Source of the DNA: Candidatus Latescibacterota bacterium
Lineage (GTDB): Bacteria > Latescibacterota > UBA2968
DNA length: 64,000 bases
Direction of reading: 5' to 3'
Assembly: GCA_965198115.1 (NCBI GenBank)
Contig: OZ240241.1
Span: 5,792,001 to 5,856,000, forward strand
Shown: positions 20,816-31,490 of the stretch, one piece after another
Numbering within the stretch: the first letter of the stretch is position 1
Layout of the letters: every line of letters begins with the position of its first letter
Notes under the pieces: generated by a model
Databases searched by the model: none
Told to the model about the DNA's origin: nothing
Seen by the model: the letters and a program-made list of their open reading frames with translations, nothing else
Program-made: the position numbers and the translations under genes

Positions 20816-21706
20816 TCATTGCTTGCTCTGAACGCGGATTTTGTGTGGTGATGGTAAAGTTGTATTGATCGGAAGGTTCTCTGGATAGCCGTACGGAAGA
20901 TCGTTTCGGTGCGCAGGGAGCGGCCAACTCTGCCCACCCAGGTTATGATAGGCTTCGTGCTTGCCACATAACCACAAGAACTTCTCCGCGACTTTCGCGT
21001 GGGTCCGGAACTGCTCCATATGGGGGCTCAAGGTACTTCCATAGTCCGCCCGTGCGAAGTCGAAATCATCCTCGACGATCCAATCTCTCTGGGGTTGTTC
21101 GGTCCGCCAGTAACAGTACTTCAGCATATTCCGTACATCATCCTTCGTTTTTCGACCCCGTCTGTGCCAGATCGAGTAATCGGTGATGAAGATCGTTCCT
21201 GCCGGCGATTCGAGCGGTAGCGACCCGCGGATGGCGTTGAGATGACTCATGAATCGTGCTCGGTTGTGTATCACGTGCGATCCGGGCAGGATTTCTGTCG
21301 GGCCCATTTCGCGTGGTGTGTGTTGCGGATAGTAGAAGACCTGGAGGTAGTTGACTTCAGGATTGAATTTCGAGTTTCCGTCGACGTGCCAGCCGTCCAG
21401 ACCCTCGACCTGCCCGACCGTTCGGTGGTTACTCATCAGGATGGGCAGATGGAAGTTCCTGCTCAGTAGACAGCGTACGGCGCCAGCAGCAGCCTGATTC
21501 AGAATGACGTTGTCGATGAACCAGTCTGCCTCGAGGATGCCGGTCGGCTCGTAGTGACCGTCCCGATCGCAGTGCTCCATTGCCCGTCTGTTCGTGTCAT
21601 CGTCGACAACGCCGGGCAGATAGACATAGCCTGTGCGGCAGAACTCGAGGACCTGTGAGTCCTTCAGTGTAGGGGCGCAGTCGTGGGTTTCGGGCTTCGT
21701 GGGCAT
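20816..21706 (-). CDS. PhyH-family Fe(II)/2OG dioxygenase (HxD)
   Basis: RTGYV, GWHVDG, YYPQ, GPTEILPGSH, SIWHRR, RNMLKY. Confidence 0.85.
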   Translation of the reverse strand: MPTKPETHDCAPTLKDSQVLEFCRTGYVYLPGVVDDDTNRRAMEHCDRDGHYEPTGILEADWFIDNVILNQAAAGAVRCLLSRNFHLPILMSNHRTVGQVEGLDGWHVDGNSKFNPEVNYLQVFYYPQHTPREMGPTEILPGSHVIHNRARFMSHLNAIRGSLPLESPAGTIFITDYSIWHRRGRKTKDDVRNMLKYCYWRTEQPQRDWIVEDDFDFARADYGSTLSPHMEQFRTHAKVAEKFLWLCGKHEAYHNLGGQSWPLPAHRNDLPYGYPENLPINTTLPSPHKIRVQSKQ

Positions 21707-21736
21707 CGTGACCTCAAATCTACGACTTCCGGACGT

Positions 21737-21994
21737 CTATTTGAAGCGCTCCAGGATGAACAGGTGTCCCAGTCCGTGCAGGTCTTCGTCGCTCGTGGCA
21801 ACGAGTGACATTTCTGGAAAGCAGACGATGCGCCACCCATCCTTTACGGCGTCGAGCACCGTTTGGTAGGGCCATTCGTCCGCGTTCTCCGGGACCGGCG
21901 TCTGCTCGCCGCCCTCCATCAGCGTCATCGCGATGACCTGGCTCGTGGGCGAGAAAGTGCTCGCGTGGAGGTAGAGAAGATCCTGTATAGACAT
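21737..21994 (-). CDS. Small hypothetical protein, 85 aa
   Basis: Fills the gap within the operon; PYQTVLDAVKDGWRIV...FILE. Confidence 0.7.
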   Translation of the reverse strand: MSIQDLLYLHASTFSPTSQVIAMTLMEGGEQTPVPENADEWPYQTVLDAVKDGWRIVCFPEMSLVATSDEDLHGLGHLFILERFK

Positions 21995-22020
21995 TGAAAA
22001 ATGAAGATTGAAAATTGTGG

Positions 22021-23544
22021 CTATTCGGTCCAGAAAGCGTACAGGCTTGCGTCCATCAGATGGAAACGGAGGCGGACAGTTTGTCCGTCAAGGTCGGCGA
22101 AGCTGTCTTTGCCTTTCCAGGAAGCCCGCACGCCAATGCCGGCTTCCGCAATCGGGACGAAGTCGTCCTGCGTAAAGCCTTGAATAGGATGGGATGCTTC
22201 GTCGAGAATTTCAACGTCAATCCGACCGTCTATCGTGTCGACGTTGATCGACAGCTGTTCACCCGTGAGCGCGATCGGTTTGGTCAGCAACGTACCCTGA
22301 CCGGCTGCGTCGAGTGAAACGAAGCCGTCTTTTCGCAGTTCTCTGACGTAGATGCCGGTGTGCGTGTCGTCGAGCCAGTCCTCGCGCTCCTCGGGCGAGA
22401 GGGTCGAGGGATCGCGGGGTGAGCCGTCAGACCAGATGTCGTGCTGTGGCACGCGTCGTTTCATTCCCTCATAGTAAAACCGTAAGCGATCGCCCGCATC
22501 GATGGGTGCGTTCGTCGGCTGGAGCTGGAGGCGGTCGTAGTTGCCGACGAGTCCGTCCGTGAGAGATGAAGGCCCGATAAAGGCTTCGCGATCGCCGAGA
22601 CGCTCCCAGGTCTTGAGATCTCGCGTCATCCCGAGCTGGAGGAGATGGAAACCATCCGTGTTACGTTTCGACGGCAGAGATTGACCCGTCGGATAGAAGA
22701 TCATCAGGATGGCGATGTAGACGTCCTCGTAGGGGAAGAGGCCGATGTTGTAGCATTCCGCCCGCCACACGGGATCCTTGTAGTCGGACGGTCTTTCGAA
22801 ACCGAGGTCCGGATCGGGCTCGACGAGGAGCGGCATTGCAAGGACGGGGTTGGCGATGCGTTTTCTAATGACGTCGATGGCGTCGAGCTGGTCCTGGTCG
22901 TCCGTTCCGAAGAGATGCTCGAGCGGCGACCAGTTCACGTAGTCTTCGCTCGTGGCGAGGTTGTAGGCCCTCCCGTGCTCGCCCGGATACTTCATGAGCG
23001 CCATAAATCGCCGCCGCCCACGATCATATGTGAGGGTACCTGCGTCACCTGACGGAAGGGTGGGACAGTCAACCTTTTCCCAATGGTAACCGTCAGGGCT
23101 GGTGACTGGATGGTGGCCGCTGGTCCCTTTGTCTCCGTCGACCTTGATCAGGCCTTTGTAGCGACGCCGGTCATCGGGATCGTCCGGATCGTGGATGACG
23201 TGCCACAACCGGAAGTCGCCGGGCGTCGGATACCAATTGGTGTCCTTCCCTTCGTACTGGACGAGCCCGAGGTCCGGTTTCTCCCAGGTCAGCCCATCGT
23301 CGGAGACCGCGATGCCGTACGCTTTCTCCTTGTAGCGGCCGGGTACGCCGCGCACCTCGTAGATCATCCGGAAGCGTTTCTCTTCAGGGATCCACATCGG
23401 TGCGGATGCCGTCGTGATGTTTTCCCCGTCGGACGGCCGGTCGGCCTTGAGCACGAGGCGACGGTTGTCGGGCTTGTGCATCGTGCGCGTAAGGCCGGTG
23501 GATTCAGCGATGATGTGGTCGTCGAGGAAGAGGTGTTTTGGCAT
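22021..23544 (-). CDS. Glycoside-hydrolase-like beta-propeller protein (paralog of 10766-12217)
   Basis: HLFLDD, SDDGLTWEKP, SPDGYHW, SEDYVNW, LRKDGFVSL, LRFHL..ASLYAFW. Confidence 0.7.
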   Translation of the reverse strand: MPKHLFLDDHIIAESTGLTRTMHKPDNRRLVLKADRPSDGENITTASAPMWIPEEKRFRMIYEVRGVPGRYKEKAYGIAVSDDGLTWEKPDLGLVQYEGKDTNWYPTPGDFRLWHVIHDPDDPDDRRRYKGLIKVDGDKGTSGHHPVTSPDGYHWEKVDCPTLPSGDAGTLTYDRGRRRFMALMKYPGEHGRAYNLATSEDYVNWSPLEHLFGTDDQDQLDAIDVIRKRIANPVLAMPLLVEPDPDLGFERPSDYKDPVWRAECYNIGLFPYEDVYIAILMIFYPTGQSLPSKRNTDGFHLLQLGMTRDLKTWERLGDREAFIGPSSLTDGLVGNYDRLQLQPTNAPIDAGDRLRFYYEGMKRRVPQHDIWSDGSPRDPSTLSPEEREDWLDDTHTGIYVRELRKDGFVSLDAAGQGTLLTKPIALTGEQLSINVDTIDGRIDVEILDEASHPIQGFTQDDFVPIAEAGIGVRASWKGKDSFADLDGQTVRLRFHLMDASLYAFWTE

Positions 23545-23595
23545 GTGAGAGGTTGGCAGATGTGAAAGCTATGGCGCCAAGTATTGCCGGCCGAT

Positions 23596-23777
23596 CACCC
23601 TGAGTAGGCGGCTTGAGGGTGGCAGTGTGCGCGCAAGTCCTATCGACCGCCATATCGAAGGGCGACCGGGCGCTGATTCGTTATCTGTTGAGCCACCGTT
23701 CGCCCTTCGATACAACCTCCAAAAGGTGTCCCGATGACTTCGTCCTTTGCGTTCCACGATGAGGTCACTCAGGGTGA
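23596..23777. repeat. Long inverted pair TCACCCTGAGT...ATCGAAGGGC / GCCCTTCGAT...ACTCAGGGTGA (expanded relative of family B)
   Basis: The two halves have mutually inverted ends; related half at ~51881-51956. Confidence 0.6.
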
Positions 23778-23833
23778 ACCGGTGGTTGTCGCGATGATGC
23801 ATTGACTCGCGCCACACTCGCTCAGCTGCTCGG

Positions 23834-25349
23834 CTAATCTACAACCACCATACTGCCCCACCAGTCGTCGTTGGGTTGCCAGTCGGGATCGAGGTAGGCT
23901 GCGTGCTGCTCCTCGAGTTCCTGCATAAACGTGTGTTCGAGATGGTGAAGACGCTCGCTTTCCTTGGCCGAATCGTATTCGGGATCGGGGGTGGGGAGCT
24001 TGGCGTCCGTTTCGACAAGCCAGCTGTCGAGACGGTCACGCATCGCTGTCGCCACGCCTGCCTGCTCCGATAAGATGTCGTTCTGTTCACCAGGATCGGT
24101 CTCGAGATCGTAGAGCTCGTCACGGTCGTCCTCGAAATAGTGAATGAGCTTCCAATCCTTGCGACGTGTCATCGCGGCAGGTTCGCCACCCTGATTGCCG
24201 TAGTGGGGATAGTGCCAGAAAAGGTCGCGGGAGTCGATGTCGGAGCTCCTCACGGCGGAGCAAGCGAAATAGGCTCATTCCATCGACGGCTTGTTCTTCG
24301 GGAACGGGGATGTCGGCAAGCTCGAGAAACGTCTTGAAGTAGTCGATGCCAGATACCGGGACGTCGCACGTCGAGCCGGGTGCCGTAATGCCGGGCGCCT
24401 TGATGTGGAAGGGCTCACGAATGCCTCCTTCCCATTGCCGACCCTTTCCGCCGCGCAACGGTAGGTTGGACGTCGCATAGGCGTCGCCAGACGACACACC
24501 TCCGTTGTCAGATGTGAAGCAGACGACCGTGTTGTCGGTGAGGTTCAGGCGGTCAAGGGTTTCGAGGACGATACCGATGGCGTCGTCCATTGCCTGGATC
24601 ATCCCGCCGTAGATGGGACAGTCCTGCACCTGACGCACGGGCAGGTAGCGATCCATCTTGAATCTGCTCTTGGACCCGTTTCCGTGCGCGATCGCCTTCT
24701 CTCGATATTTTGTCCAGCGATCCAGGCTCGTCTGGATTGGACTGTGGACGGAGGAGAACGACAAGTATGCGAGAAAGGGCTCTTCCCGATGGTCGTGGAT
24801 GAATTGCGCGGTTTCCGTACCGAGACGGATCGGCAGTGACTCTCCGTCAGGCCCGCTTTTGAGTTTGGGGTTTTCCCACGGTGCGAAGTAGCCGCCGGCG
24901 GGACTGCCGACACGCCACCCTCCCTTGTTGATCTCGAATCCGAAGTCTTCAGGATCCTGCCCCGAGTCGCCCAGATGCCACTTGCCTGCATAGAAAGTTC
25001 GGTAGTCTGCTCGGCGAAAGACTTCCGCGAAGGTGGTCTCATCGTGGCGCAGGCCGTGTTCGTAGTCGGGCGGCAGAAGCTTGTTGAATCGCTCCCTTTC
25101 GCGCCAGGCTTCACCTGATGCCGCGCCGATCCAGTCGGTGATGCCGTGTCGCGGTGTGTACTTGCCCGTCAGGATGCTGGCCCGGGACGGACTGCAGACC
25201 TGGCAAGCGGCATATCCCTGCGTGAACCGCATTCCCTCGTTTGCGATACGATCGATGTTAGGACTCTCGTAGAGCGTGCTGCCCTCGACGCTCAGGTCAC
25301 GCCAGCCGAGGTCGTCGGCGAGGATGAAGAGGATGTTGGGTTTAGCCAT
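23834..25349 (-). pseudogene. Sulfatase (Cys-type, arylsulfatase-like) with one frameshift at ~24250
   Basis: PNILFILADDLG, CSPSRASILTG, GKWHLG, SDNGG, EGGIREP, then shifted LFWHYPHY...ELYDLETDPGE. Confidence 0.85.
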
Positions 25350-25474
25350 TGAAAAACCTTACCACGGAGGACACGGAGAAAACAAAGGCAGCCACTGAGG
25401 TCGCTGAGGACACAGGAGGGTCACGATCGCGAAGGTGAATGCCACGCCTGCTCGCCGTGTCGCCTGCTCGTTCC

Positions 25475-26941
25475 TCAGAACTCGTCGTAAGGATACAGCT
25501 TCCTCCCCAGATTCTTAAACGCCAACTTCCCGCCCGCTGGGTTGTGCACGCTGGGTTCGGAGATGGAGTAGATGGCGCCGGACCAGGATTCGAAGCCTGC
25601 ACGGAAGTGGGCGGCGGATTTGACGCCGACGTAGCGCATCTGTTTGGGATCGAGTCCGAGCGTTCGGGAGAAGCCGGTACAGAAAGGCTGTTCGCGGATA
25701 TTGACGAGCAGGACGTGGATGCCATCCTGCTCGATGTGGGCGGACGGGCCCATCGAGCCTTCGAGATTGGCGTACATCGGACCATCGTAGTTGAAGCGAC
25801 CGTCTGATACAGCGATGACTTCAACGTCCATCGGGACGGGCTCGCCCTGCAGCGGCGTTGACTTAGCGCCGACTTCCAGGCTGAGCTTTGCGCCTACGCC
25901 GGCATCGTGACTTTTCTGAACGGCCTCGGGATCGACGATGTAGAGGACGCAGGCATCCTTCAAGCCGGCGTCGACGAACGTTCGCAGCATCCCAGTGCTA
26001 TCACCCGGTGATCCTCCACCCGTGTTGTCGTCACGATCCGAGAAGATGATAGGGTATTTGCCCTCGGCTTCGGCGAGACGAAGTGCATCCGCCGTCGAAG
26101 GACGAGCGAGCTGCCAGTCTTCGCGGCGTTCGAAGATCCATTCACCCAGCTCGTCGGCGCAGGTTTGCGCGAGTTCCTGGTCGTTGTCCGTGACCACATA
26201 GACAGAGGCTCCCATATCCGGTATGTCGGCGAGGGGATAGCAGGTCGCGATAGAACCACAGACGACACAAGGGCGCGATTCGACCTCGTGCAGGTAGTCG
26301 ATGGCTTCGCGCATCGGTGAATGGGCGGTGACCTGGTTCATTCCCCAGACCATCGGGATCTGATGCAAGGCCATCGTGGGTCTGAGACCGTCCCGGATGA
26401 TGCGGACGATAACGTCTGCACACTCGCGGCCGCGCGCAGCCATATCGACCTCGGGGTACGTTTCGCGACCGCAGAGGGCGTCGGCATTTTCGACCATCCG
26501 GTGCGACACGTTGGAATGGATGTCGAGCTGGGCAACGATGGGGATGTCCGGGCCCACGCGATCGCGAACGGCGGCCAGGATATGCCCCTCCCCATCAGGC
26601 ACACCCTCGGCCACCATCGCGCCGTGCAATTCCAAGAGGACGCCGTCGATTTCGCCGACGTTGGCGATCCCGTCGGCCAGGTTGCCGACGATCGTGTCGA
26701 AGTCCGATTTCGGGAGCGGCGCACTCGGATGAGCCTCCCATAACGAGGTGGAAAGGAGCTCGAACCCGTGCGCGTCAGCGCCTTCGATGAAACCACCGAT
26801 GGGAGTGTTGACGCCCCGGTAGCGATCGATGAGTTCCTGGCCGTGTAGATAGCCCTGCCGCTCCTCGGCGCTATCGATGGTCGTCGGCACGGTCGTGAAC
26901 GTGCTGGTTTCGTGACTGATACCACCCATTGCGATTCTCAT
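25475..26941 (-). CDS. M81 family metallopeptidase (MlrC-like)
   Basis: HETSTF, LELHGAMV, LDIHSN, TYPEVD, DNTGGGSPGD, VKSAAHFRA. Confidence 0.9.
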   Translation of the reverse strand: MRIAMGGISHETSTFTTVPTTIDSAEERQGYLHGQELIDRYRGVNTPIGGFIEGADAHGFELLSTSLWEAHPSAPLPKSDFDTIVGNLADGIANVGEIDGVLLELHGAMVAEGVPDGEGHILAAVRDRVGPDIPIVAQLDIHSNVSHRMVENADALCGRETYPEVDMAARGRECADVIVRIIRDGLRPTMALHQIPMVWGMNQVTAHSPMREAIDYLHEVESRPCVVCGSIATCYPLADIPDMGASVYVVTDNDQELAQTCADELGEWIFERREDWQLARPSTADALRLAEAEGKYPIIFSDRDDNTGGGSPGDSTGMLRTFVDAGLKDACVLYIVDPEAVQKSHDAGVGAKLSLEVGAKSTPLQGEPVPMDVEVIAVSDGRFNYDGPMYANLEGSMGPSAHIEQDGIHVLLVNIREQPFCTGFSRTLGLDPKQMRYVGVKSAAHFRAGFESWSGAIYSISEPSVHNPAGGKLAFKNLGRKLYPYDEF

Positions 26942-26959
26942 ACTGAAACCCCCAAACCT

Positions 26960-27065
26960 ACCACGGAGAGCACGGAGAACACGGAGGGATACAAGTGACC
27001 ATTGACAGGTGACCAATGACCAAAGCTGACTTCGCTGACAACTGACGCCTGACGACTGACAACTG
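26960..27065. repeat. 9-bp-period (CACGGAGAR) repeat followed by 7-bp-period (TGACCAA/CTGACAA) tandem repeats
   Basis: ACCACGGAGAGCACGGAGAACACGGAG, then TGACCATTGACAGGTGACCAATGAC and CTGACAACTGACGCCTGACGACTGACAACTG. Confidence 0.75.
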
Positions 27066-27068
27066 GTT

Positions 27069-27869
27069 TCATCCATCTACCCAGTGGCTGAACAAGGGCT
27101 TTACGTCTTTCGGCAGCCCGTCGAAGACGGCTCTCGGTACGGGCGGCTGCTGGTTTTCGGTCAGTCCTGTTGCTTCGACTAAGTGTTTCTGTTCAAGCGA
27201 GTCGGGCCAGAGGACTCTCGTGTTGAGCCACCAGGGGGCGTAGCGGACGACGACGGAAACACGTGGCTCGTCGGTGGCGTTCGGTGCAGTCGAATGCCAG
27301 AGTCGACTGTCCAGGACAAGGACGCTGCCTGCTGGTCCCAATGCATTCATCTCTTTAGGGTGCGGCGCTTCGGGATCGACGCCGTTCCCGCCGGTCGGAT
27401 TGTTCGACTCGAGGTGACTGCCCGGCACGATGAGCGTACCGCCGTTCTCGGCAGAGAAAGCTGAAAGCATCCATAGGGTTGTTACGTGCATTGGAATGTC
27501 GGGATAGGGGGCTTCGACGTGACCGGCGTTGTTTTGGTTGAACGGCCAGTCGGCGTGCCACGTGCCTCGTGGATTCCCTGGAAGATTGGTGGTCGCCGTG
27601 GTGAAAGATACTTTCACCACGGGTCCGAGCAGTGCTTTGACCGGGTCAAGCACGCGAGCGTCGGCCAGGTAGGGGGCAAGTACCTGGTTGAAAGACATAA
27701 ATCCACCGACGTGCCCGATCCCTTTCGCCATCGCCGTTTCGGAGTGATGGGCGTCCGTCGAAGCCTGGACTTCTTGCCTGACGGCTTCGATGTCGGATTC
27801 CGGGACGACGCCCTTGACGACGGTCCAGCCATCTTGTTTCAGGCGTTGTATGTGCTGCTCGGTGGACAT
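27069..27869 (-). CDS. PhyH-family Fe(II)/2OG dioxygenase (HxD)
   Basis: QDGWTVV, WHADWP, NGGTLIVPGSH, DSRLWHSTAPN, PRVS. Confidence 0.9.
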   Translation of the reverse strand: MSTEQHIQRLKQDGWTVVKGVVPESDIEAVRQEVQASTDAHHSETAMAKGIGHVGGFMSFNQVLAPYLADARVLDPVKALLGPVVKVSFTTATTNLPGNPRGTWHADWPFNQNNAGHVEAPYPDIPMHVTTLWMLSAFSAENGGTLIVPGSHLESNNPTGGNGVDPEAPHPKEMNALGPAGSVLVLDSRLWHSTAPNATDEPRVSVVVRYAPWWLNTRVLWPDSLEQKHLVEATGLTENQQPPVPRAVFDGLPKDVKPLFSHWVDG

Positions 27870-27885
27870 TGAGACTCCGGAACGT

Positions 27886-28911
27886 TCAGGCGTAGAGTGC
27901 AGCGAGGAGTGCCTTGATGTATCCCACGGAGTAAGCAAGACCCTGGCTGACGTCTCCTGTATCGCCTTCGATTTGGAAGATGTGATCGGGGTTGATGCAG
28001 CCGTCGAAGCCGACCTTATGCAGGGCCTCGAGAATATGGAACATATTCATATCGCCATCGTCCAGATGGACTTCCTCGTAAGCGCCCGATGTCGCGAAGC
28101 TCCCGCGCACGTTTCTGAAATGGACCATAAAGATCCGGCCCTTGCGGCCGTAGTTGTTGATCTCCTGAAGCACCAGCGGTTCGCTGCCGGCCTCGGCCCG
28201 TGTTCCAACGCAGTAGAGGTAGCCGACGTTCGGACTGGGAAAGGCGTCGATGATCCTGTGGAATCCAAGACCTCCGAACGGAGAATCCGGGAGCGGGTTA
28301 TCCGATGGGTGCATCGCGAGCTTTACATCGTACTCTTCGGCGACGGGCACGAGTTTGGCATACAGATCGACGAAGTGTTGCCACCAGTTGTCGAGCTCGT
28401 CCTTGGTCGGGGGTTTTCCGGATGTGACGTCCCAGACGTGTACCCTTTGGGCACGCAGGTCCTCGGGTGTGAGACTCGCAAGGCCTTCGGGTGTGACGTG
28501 ACCCAACGTGGATCCTGATCCGAGCATCCCGGCACGATGCACCGACCGGTAGAAGGTCGTGAGATGGTTGAACGTGTCGCCCTCACATCGCTGTCGCGCA
28601 ACAGGGATCCCGGCCTCGCCGAAGACCTTGAGCGCCTTGACCGAGTTTTCGATGTATGTCTCAGCATCGTCGTGATCGAGAAAGTAGCCTTCGCCCACAT
28701 CGGGGAGGGAGATGCGGTTGAACCTCAGGCCCCAGGAGTGTATGCGTTTCTTGATGGCGAGGAGCGCGTCGAGATCCGGATAGCCCTGCTCCTTGACACC
28801 CGGGACCGTGGTTGCTTCCCCGATATCGATACAGTCGATGCCGAGTTGGCTGTAACGCTTGAGAACCGACTCGCTAGGAACGCCGTCAGTTCCCATTGAA
28901 ACACGCATCAT
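27886..28911 (-). CDS. Mannonate dehydratase (UxuA)-like TIM barrel, copy 1
   Basis: LVPVAEEYDVKLAMHPSDNP, YCVGT, VHFRNVRG, EVHLDDGDMNM, PDH, AYSVGYIKALL. Confidence 0.8.
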   Translation of the reverse strand: MMRVSMGTDGVPSESVLKRYSQLGIDCIDIGEATTVPGVKEQGYPDLDALLAIKKRIHSWGLRFNRISLPDVGEGYFLDHDDAETYIENSVKALKVFGEAGIPVARQRCEGDTFNHLTTFYRSVHRAGMLGSGSTLGHVTPEGLASLTPEDLRAQRVHVWDVTSGKPPTKDELDNWWQHFVDLYAKLVPVAEEYDVKLAMHPSDNPLPDSPFGGLGFHRIIDAFPSPNVGYLYCVGTRAEAGSEPLVLQEINNYGRKGRIFMVHFRNVRGSFATSGAYEEVHLDDGDMNMFHILEALHKVGFDGCINPDHIFQIEGDTGDVSQGLAYSVGYIKALLAALYA

Positions 28912-28989
28912 TTGTTTTTCCTCACTTCGATAACCACGAAAACTTCAGTCGTTGAATGATGTTCGGTGGACATTGAAACTTCGGAATGC

Positions 28990-30006
28990 TCAGGCGTAGA
29001 GCGCCGCGAGGAGCGCCTTGATATATCCGACAGAGTAGGCGGCGCCCTGGCTGACGTCGTCCGAATCGCCTTCGATCTGGAAGATGTGATCCGGACTGAT
29101 GCAGCCGTCGAAACCGACTTTATGCAGGGCCCCGAGAATTCGGAACATATTCATATCCCCGTCGTCCAGATGAACCTCCTCGTAGGCACCTGATGTCGCG
29201 AAGCTTCCGCGCACGTTTCTGAAATGGACCATAAAGATCCGGCCTTTGCGGCCGTAGTTGTTGATTTCCTGAAGCACCAACGGTTCGCCGCCGGCTTCGG
29301 CCCGTGTCCCAACGCAATAGAGATAGCCGACGTTCGGACTTGGAAACGCGTCGATGATCCTGTGGAATCCGAGACCTCCGAAAGGCGTTTCCGGGAGCGG
29401 GTTGTCCGACGGGTGCATCGCGAGCTTCACATCGTACTCTTCCGCGACGGGGACGAGTCTGGCGTAGAGATCGACGAAGTGCTGCCACCAGTTGTCTAGC
29501 TCTTCCTTGGTCGGGGGCTTTCCGGTCGTGACGTCCCAAACGTGTGCCCTCTGAGCGCGCACGTCCTCGGGAGTGAGACTCGCGCGTGTGACGTGTCCCA
29601 ACGTGGATCCTGATCCGAGCATCCCAGCCCGGTGCACCGATCGGTAGAACGTCGTCAAATGGTTGAACGTATCTCCTTCGCATAGTTGACGGGCGACGGG
29701 GACACCGGCCTCGCCGAAGACCTTGAGTGCGTTCACGGAATTCTCGACGTATTTCTCAGCATCGTCGTGGTCGAGAAAATAGCCCGCGCCGACATCGGGG
29801 AGGGAGATACGGTTGAACCTCAAGCCCCACGAGTGGACGCGTTTCTTGATTGCGAGAAGCGCGTCAAGGTCCGGATAGCCCTGCTCTTTGACACCGGGAA
29901 CGGAGCTCGCTGCTCCAATATCGATGCAGTCGACACCGAGCTGACTGTAGCGTTTGAGTAGCGACTCGCTGGGATCGCCGGCAGCGCCCATTGATACGCG
30001 CATCAT
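28990..30006 (-). CDS. Mannonate dehydratase (UxuA)-like TIM barrel, copy 2 (tandem duplicate)
   Basis: Near-identical protein to 27886-28911 with a 3-aa indel. Confidence 0.8.
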   Translation of the reverse strand: MMRVSMGAAGDPSESLLKRYSQLGVDCIDIGAASSVPGVKEQGYPDLDALLAIKKRVHSWGLRFNRISLPDVGAGYFLDHDDAEKYVENSVNALKVFGEAGVPVARQLCEGDTFNHLTTFYRSVHRAGMLGSGSTLGHVTRASLTPEDVRAQRAHVWDVTTGKPPTKEELDNWWQHFVDLYARLVPVAEEYDVKLAMHPSDNPLPETPFGGLGFHRIIDAFPSPNVGYLYCVGTRAEAGGEPLVLQEINNYGRKGRIFMVHFRNVRGSFATSGAYEEVHLDDGDMNMFRILGALHKVGFDGCISPDHIFQIEGDSDDVSQGAAYSVGYIKALLAALYA

Positions 30007-30388
30007 TGTCTTTCCTCACTTGAAAGACAAAAGAAGACCACGAAATACACGAAAAACACGAACGGGGACCACGGAATACACGGAAGAATCCCTTGTCCAG
30101 ACCTCGGGTGTCATCCGAAGCGCAGCTGGCCGGACCACGAAATACCGAAAAGGAACCACCCCTTGACTGCGCTCGTGTACAGAGGGGCTGCGACATTTCT
30201 CCCCTGACTCCTTTGCAGCTGACCACGGATCCCTCACGACGTCGATACCGATGGCAATCTGGGCACAACGCCACTCCCATAGTCGTTCGGGATGACAGCG
30301 CGTGGGGCGGTTTTCGGTTTCCTGACGACTGACGCCTGCCCGCCGTAGCCGCGTCAGCGGTGAAGGCGGGACTGGCAACTGCCTTCGG

Positions 30389-31363
30389 CTAGGCCTCCCG
30401 ATAGTGCTTGGTGATGTGGGCGAGGCCGTCGCCGACGCGGACGTTGTGGAACCGGCGAAGCATAATAACGACACCATCTGTTTTGGCACAGATTTCTGTG
30501 ACGACTTCCCCGAAGAGATTGCTAATCGTGCCTAGTCTCTGGCCGGATGTGACTTCGTCGAGGAGGGAGACGTCCGCTCGGAAGTAGCCGGCCACGGGTG
30601 CCAGCGTGGCCTCGTCCATATTGCCGTCGCCCATAAGATGATGCGTTGCCTGGCTCGGGTTCGGTTCCCCTTCGACCAATCCCAGCCACTTCGCCACGTT
30701 CATCACACCGTCGTAGAAGCAGTCGATATCGTCGGATCGGGCGAAACCCCCGCCGGGCGCTTCCGTGTAGACGCAGGGGACTCCCAGGTCGACGGCTGCA
30801 CTGAGTGTGCGACCGGGAGCCAGGTCGGGGTGGCCCCACAGGACGGGCGCGCCAAAAGCACGAGCTCCCGCCTGAGACTTGCGTCCGAGAGTTGTGTCGT
30901 TGTGGATGTAACCGATGAGGGTCGGGATGTCGTAGGCCATCCCGCCGCTGTGAAGGTCGATGAAGAAGTCAGCGTGTGGCAAGACTTGATCGGTGATCAG
31001 TCGGGCGATGCGCTGCGTGATGCTGCCGTCGGCGTCCCCAGGAAAAACGCGGGCGAGGTTGAGCCCATCGATCGGGCTGCTGCGGGTGATCGTTTCGTAG
31101 GCGGGTACGTTGCAAACGGGAATGGCGAAGAACGTGCCCTTGAGAGAAGCAGGATCGAGATGGTCATAGACCCGTGGGATCGCTTCAACCCCTTCGTATT
31201 CATCGCCGTGTACGCCGGCAACGACGACGAGGGTGGGGCCCTCCGTTTGGCCAGTGACGCTGAGGTAGGGGAGCCGCCAGGTGCCGCCGTCTGGACGGTT
31301 GGCGACGTCGATCCAGCCCGTTTGCTTTGTGTTTCGTGGGAGGTTGGGGATGTCGATGGGCAT
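30389..31363 (-). CDS. Succinylglutamate desuccinylase/aspartoacylase (M14-like) family protein
   Basis: AGVHGDEYEG, NLARVFPG, IDLHSGG, TEAPGG, C-terminal biotinyl-like domain. Confidence 0.9.
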   Translation of the reverse strand: MPIDIPNLPRNTKQTGWIDVANRPDGGTWRLPYLSVTGQTEGPTLVVVAGVHGDEYEGVEAIPRVYDHLDPASLKGTFFAIPVCNVPAYETITRSSPIDGLNLARVFPGDADGSITQRIARLITDQVLPHADFFIDLHSGGMAYDIPTLIGYIHNDTTLGRKSQAGARAFGAPVLWGHPDLAPGRTLSAAVDLGVPCVYTEAPGGGFARSDDIDCFYDGVMNVAKWLGLVEGEPNPSQATHHLMGDGNMDEATLAPVAGYFRADVSLLDEVTSGQRLGTISNLFGEVVTEICAKTDGVVIMLRRFHNVRVGDGLAHITKHYREA

Positions 31364-31403
31364 TAGTATGTACCTTGGTCGAGTTTACTGCACTCCGTTA
31401 CAA

Positions 31404-31478
31404 GGTCACTTCGAGCGGAGTCGAGAAGTCCCTTCTCGCGTGTGCGAGGGGCGTGTTCTCGACTCCGCTCGAACTGAC
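31404..31478. repeat. Inverted pair of empty family H repeats
   Basis: GTCACTTCGAGCGGAGTCGAGAA ... TTCTCGACTCCGCTCGAACTGAC. Confidence 0.8.
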
Positions 31479-31490
31479 GCCGCAAACGCT

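Noticed and set aside
23569-23817. 82-aa ORF
   Set aside because: It coincides with an inverted-repeat element and has non-protein-like composition.
13974-27869. Secondary-metabolite biosynthetic cluster
   Set aside because: No NRPS/PKS, carrier protein, RiPP precursor or exporter is visible; the neighbours are hydrolases and catabolic enzymes.
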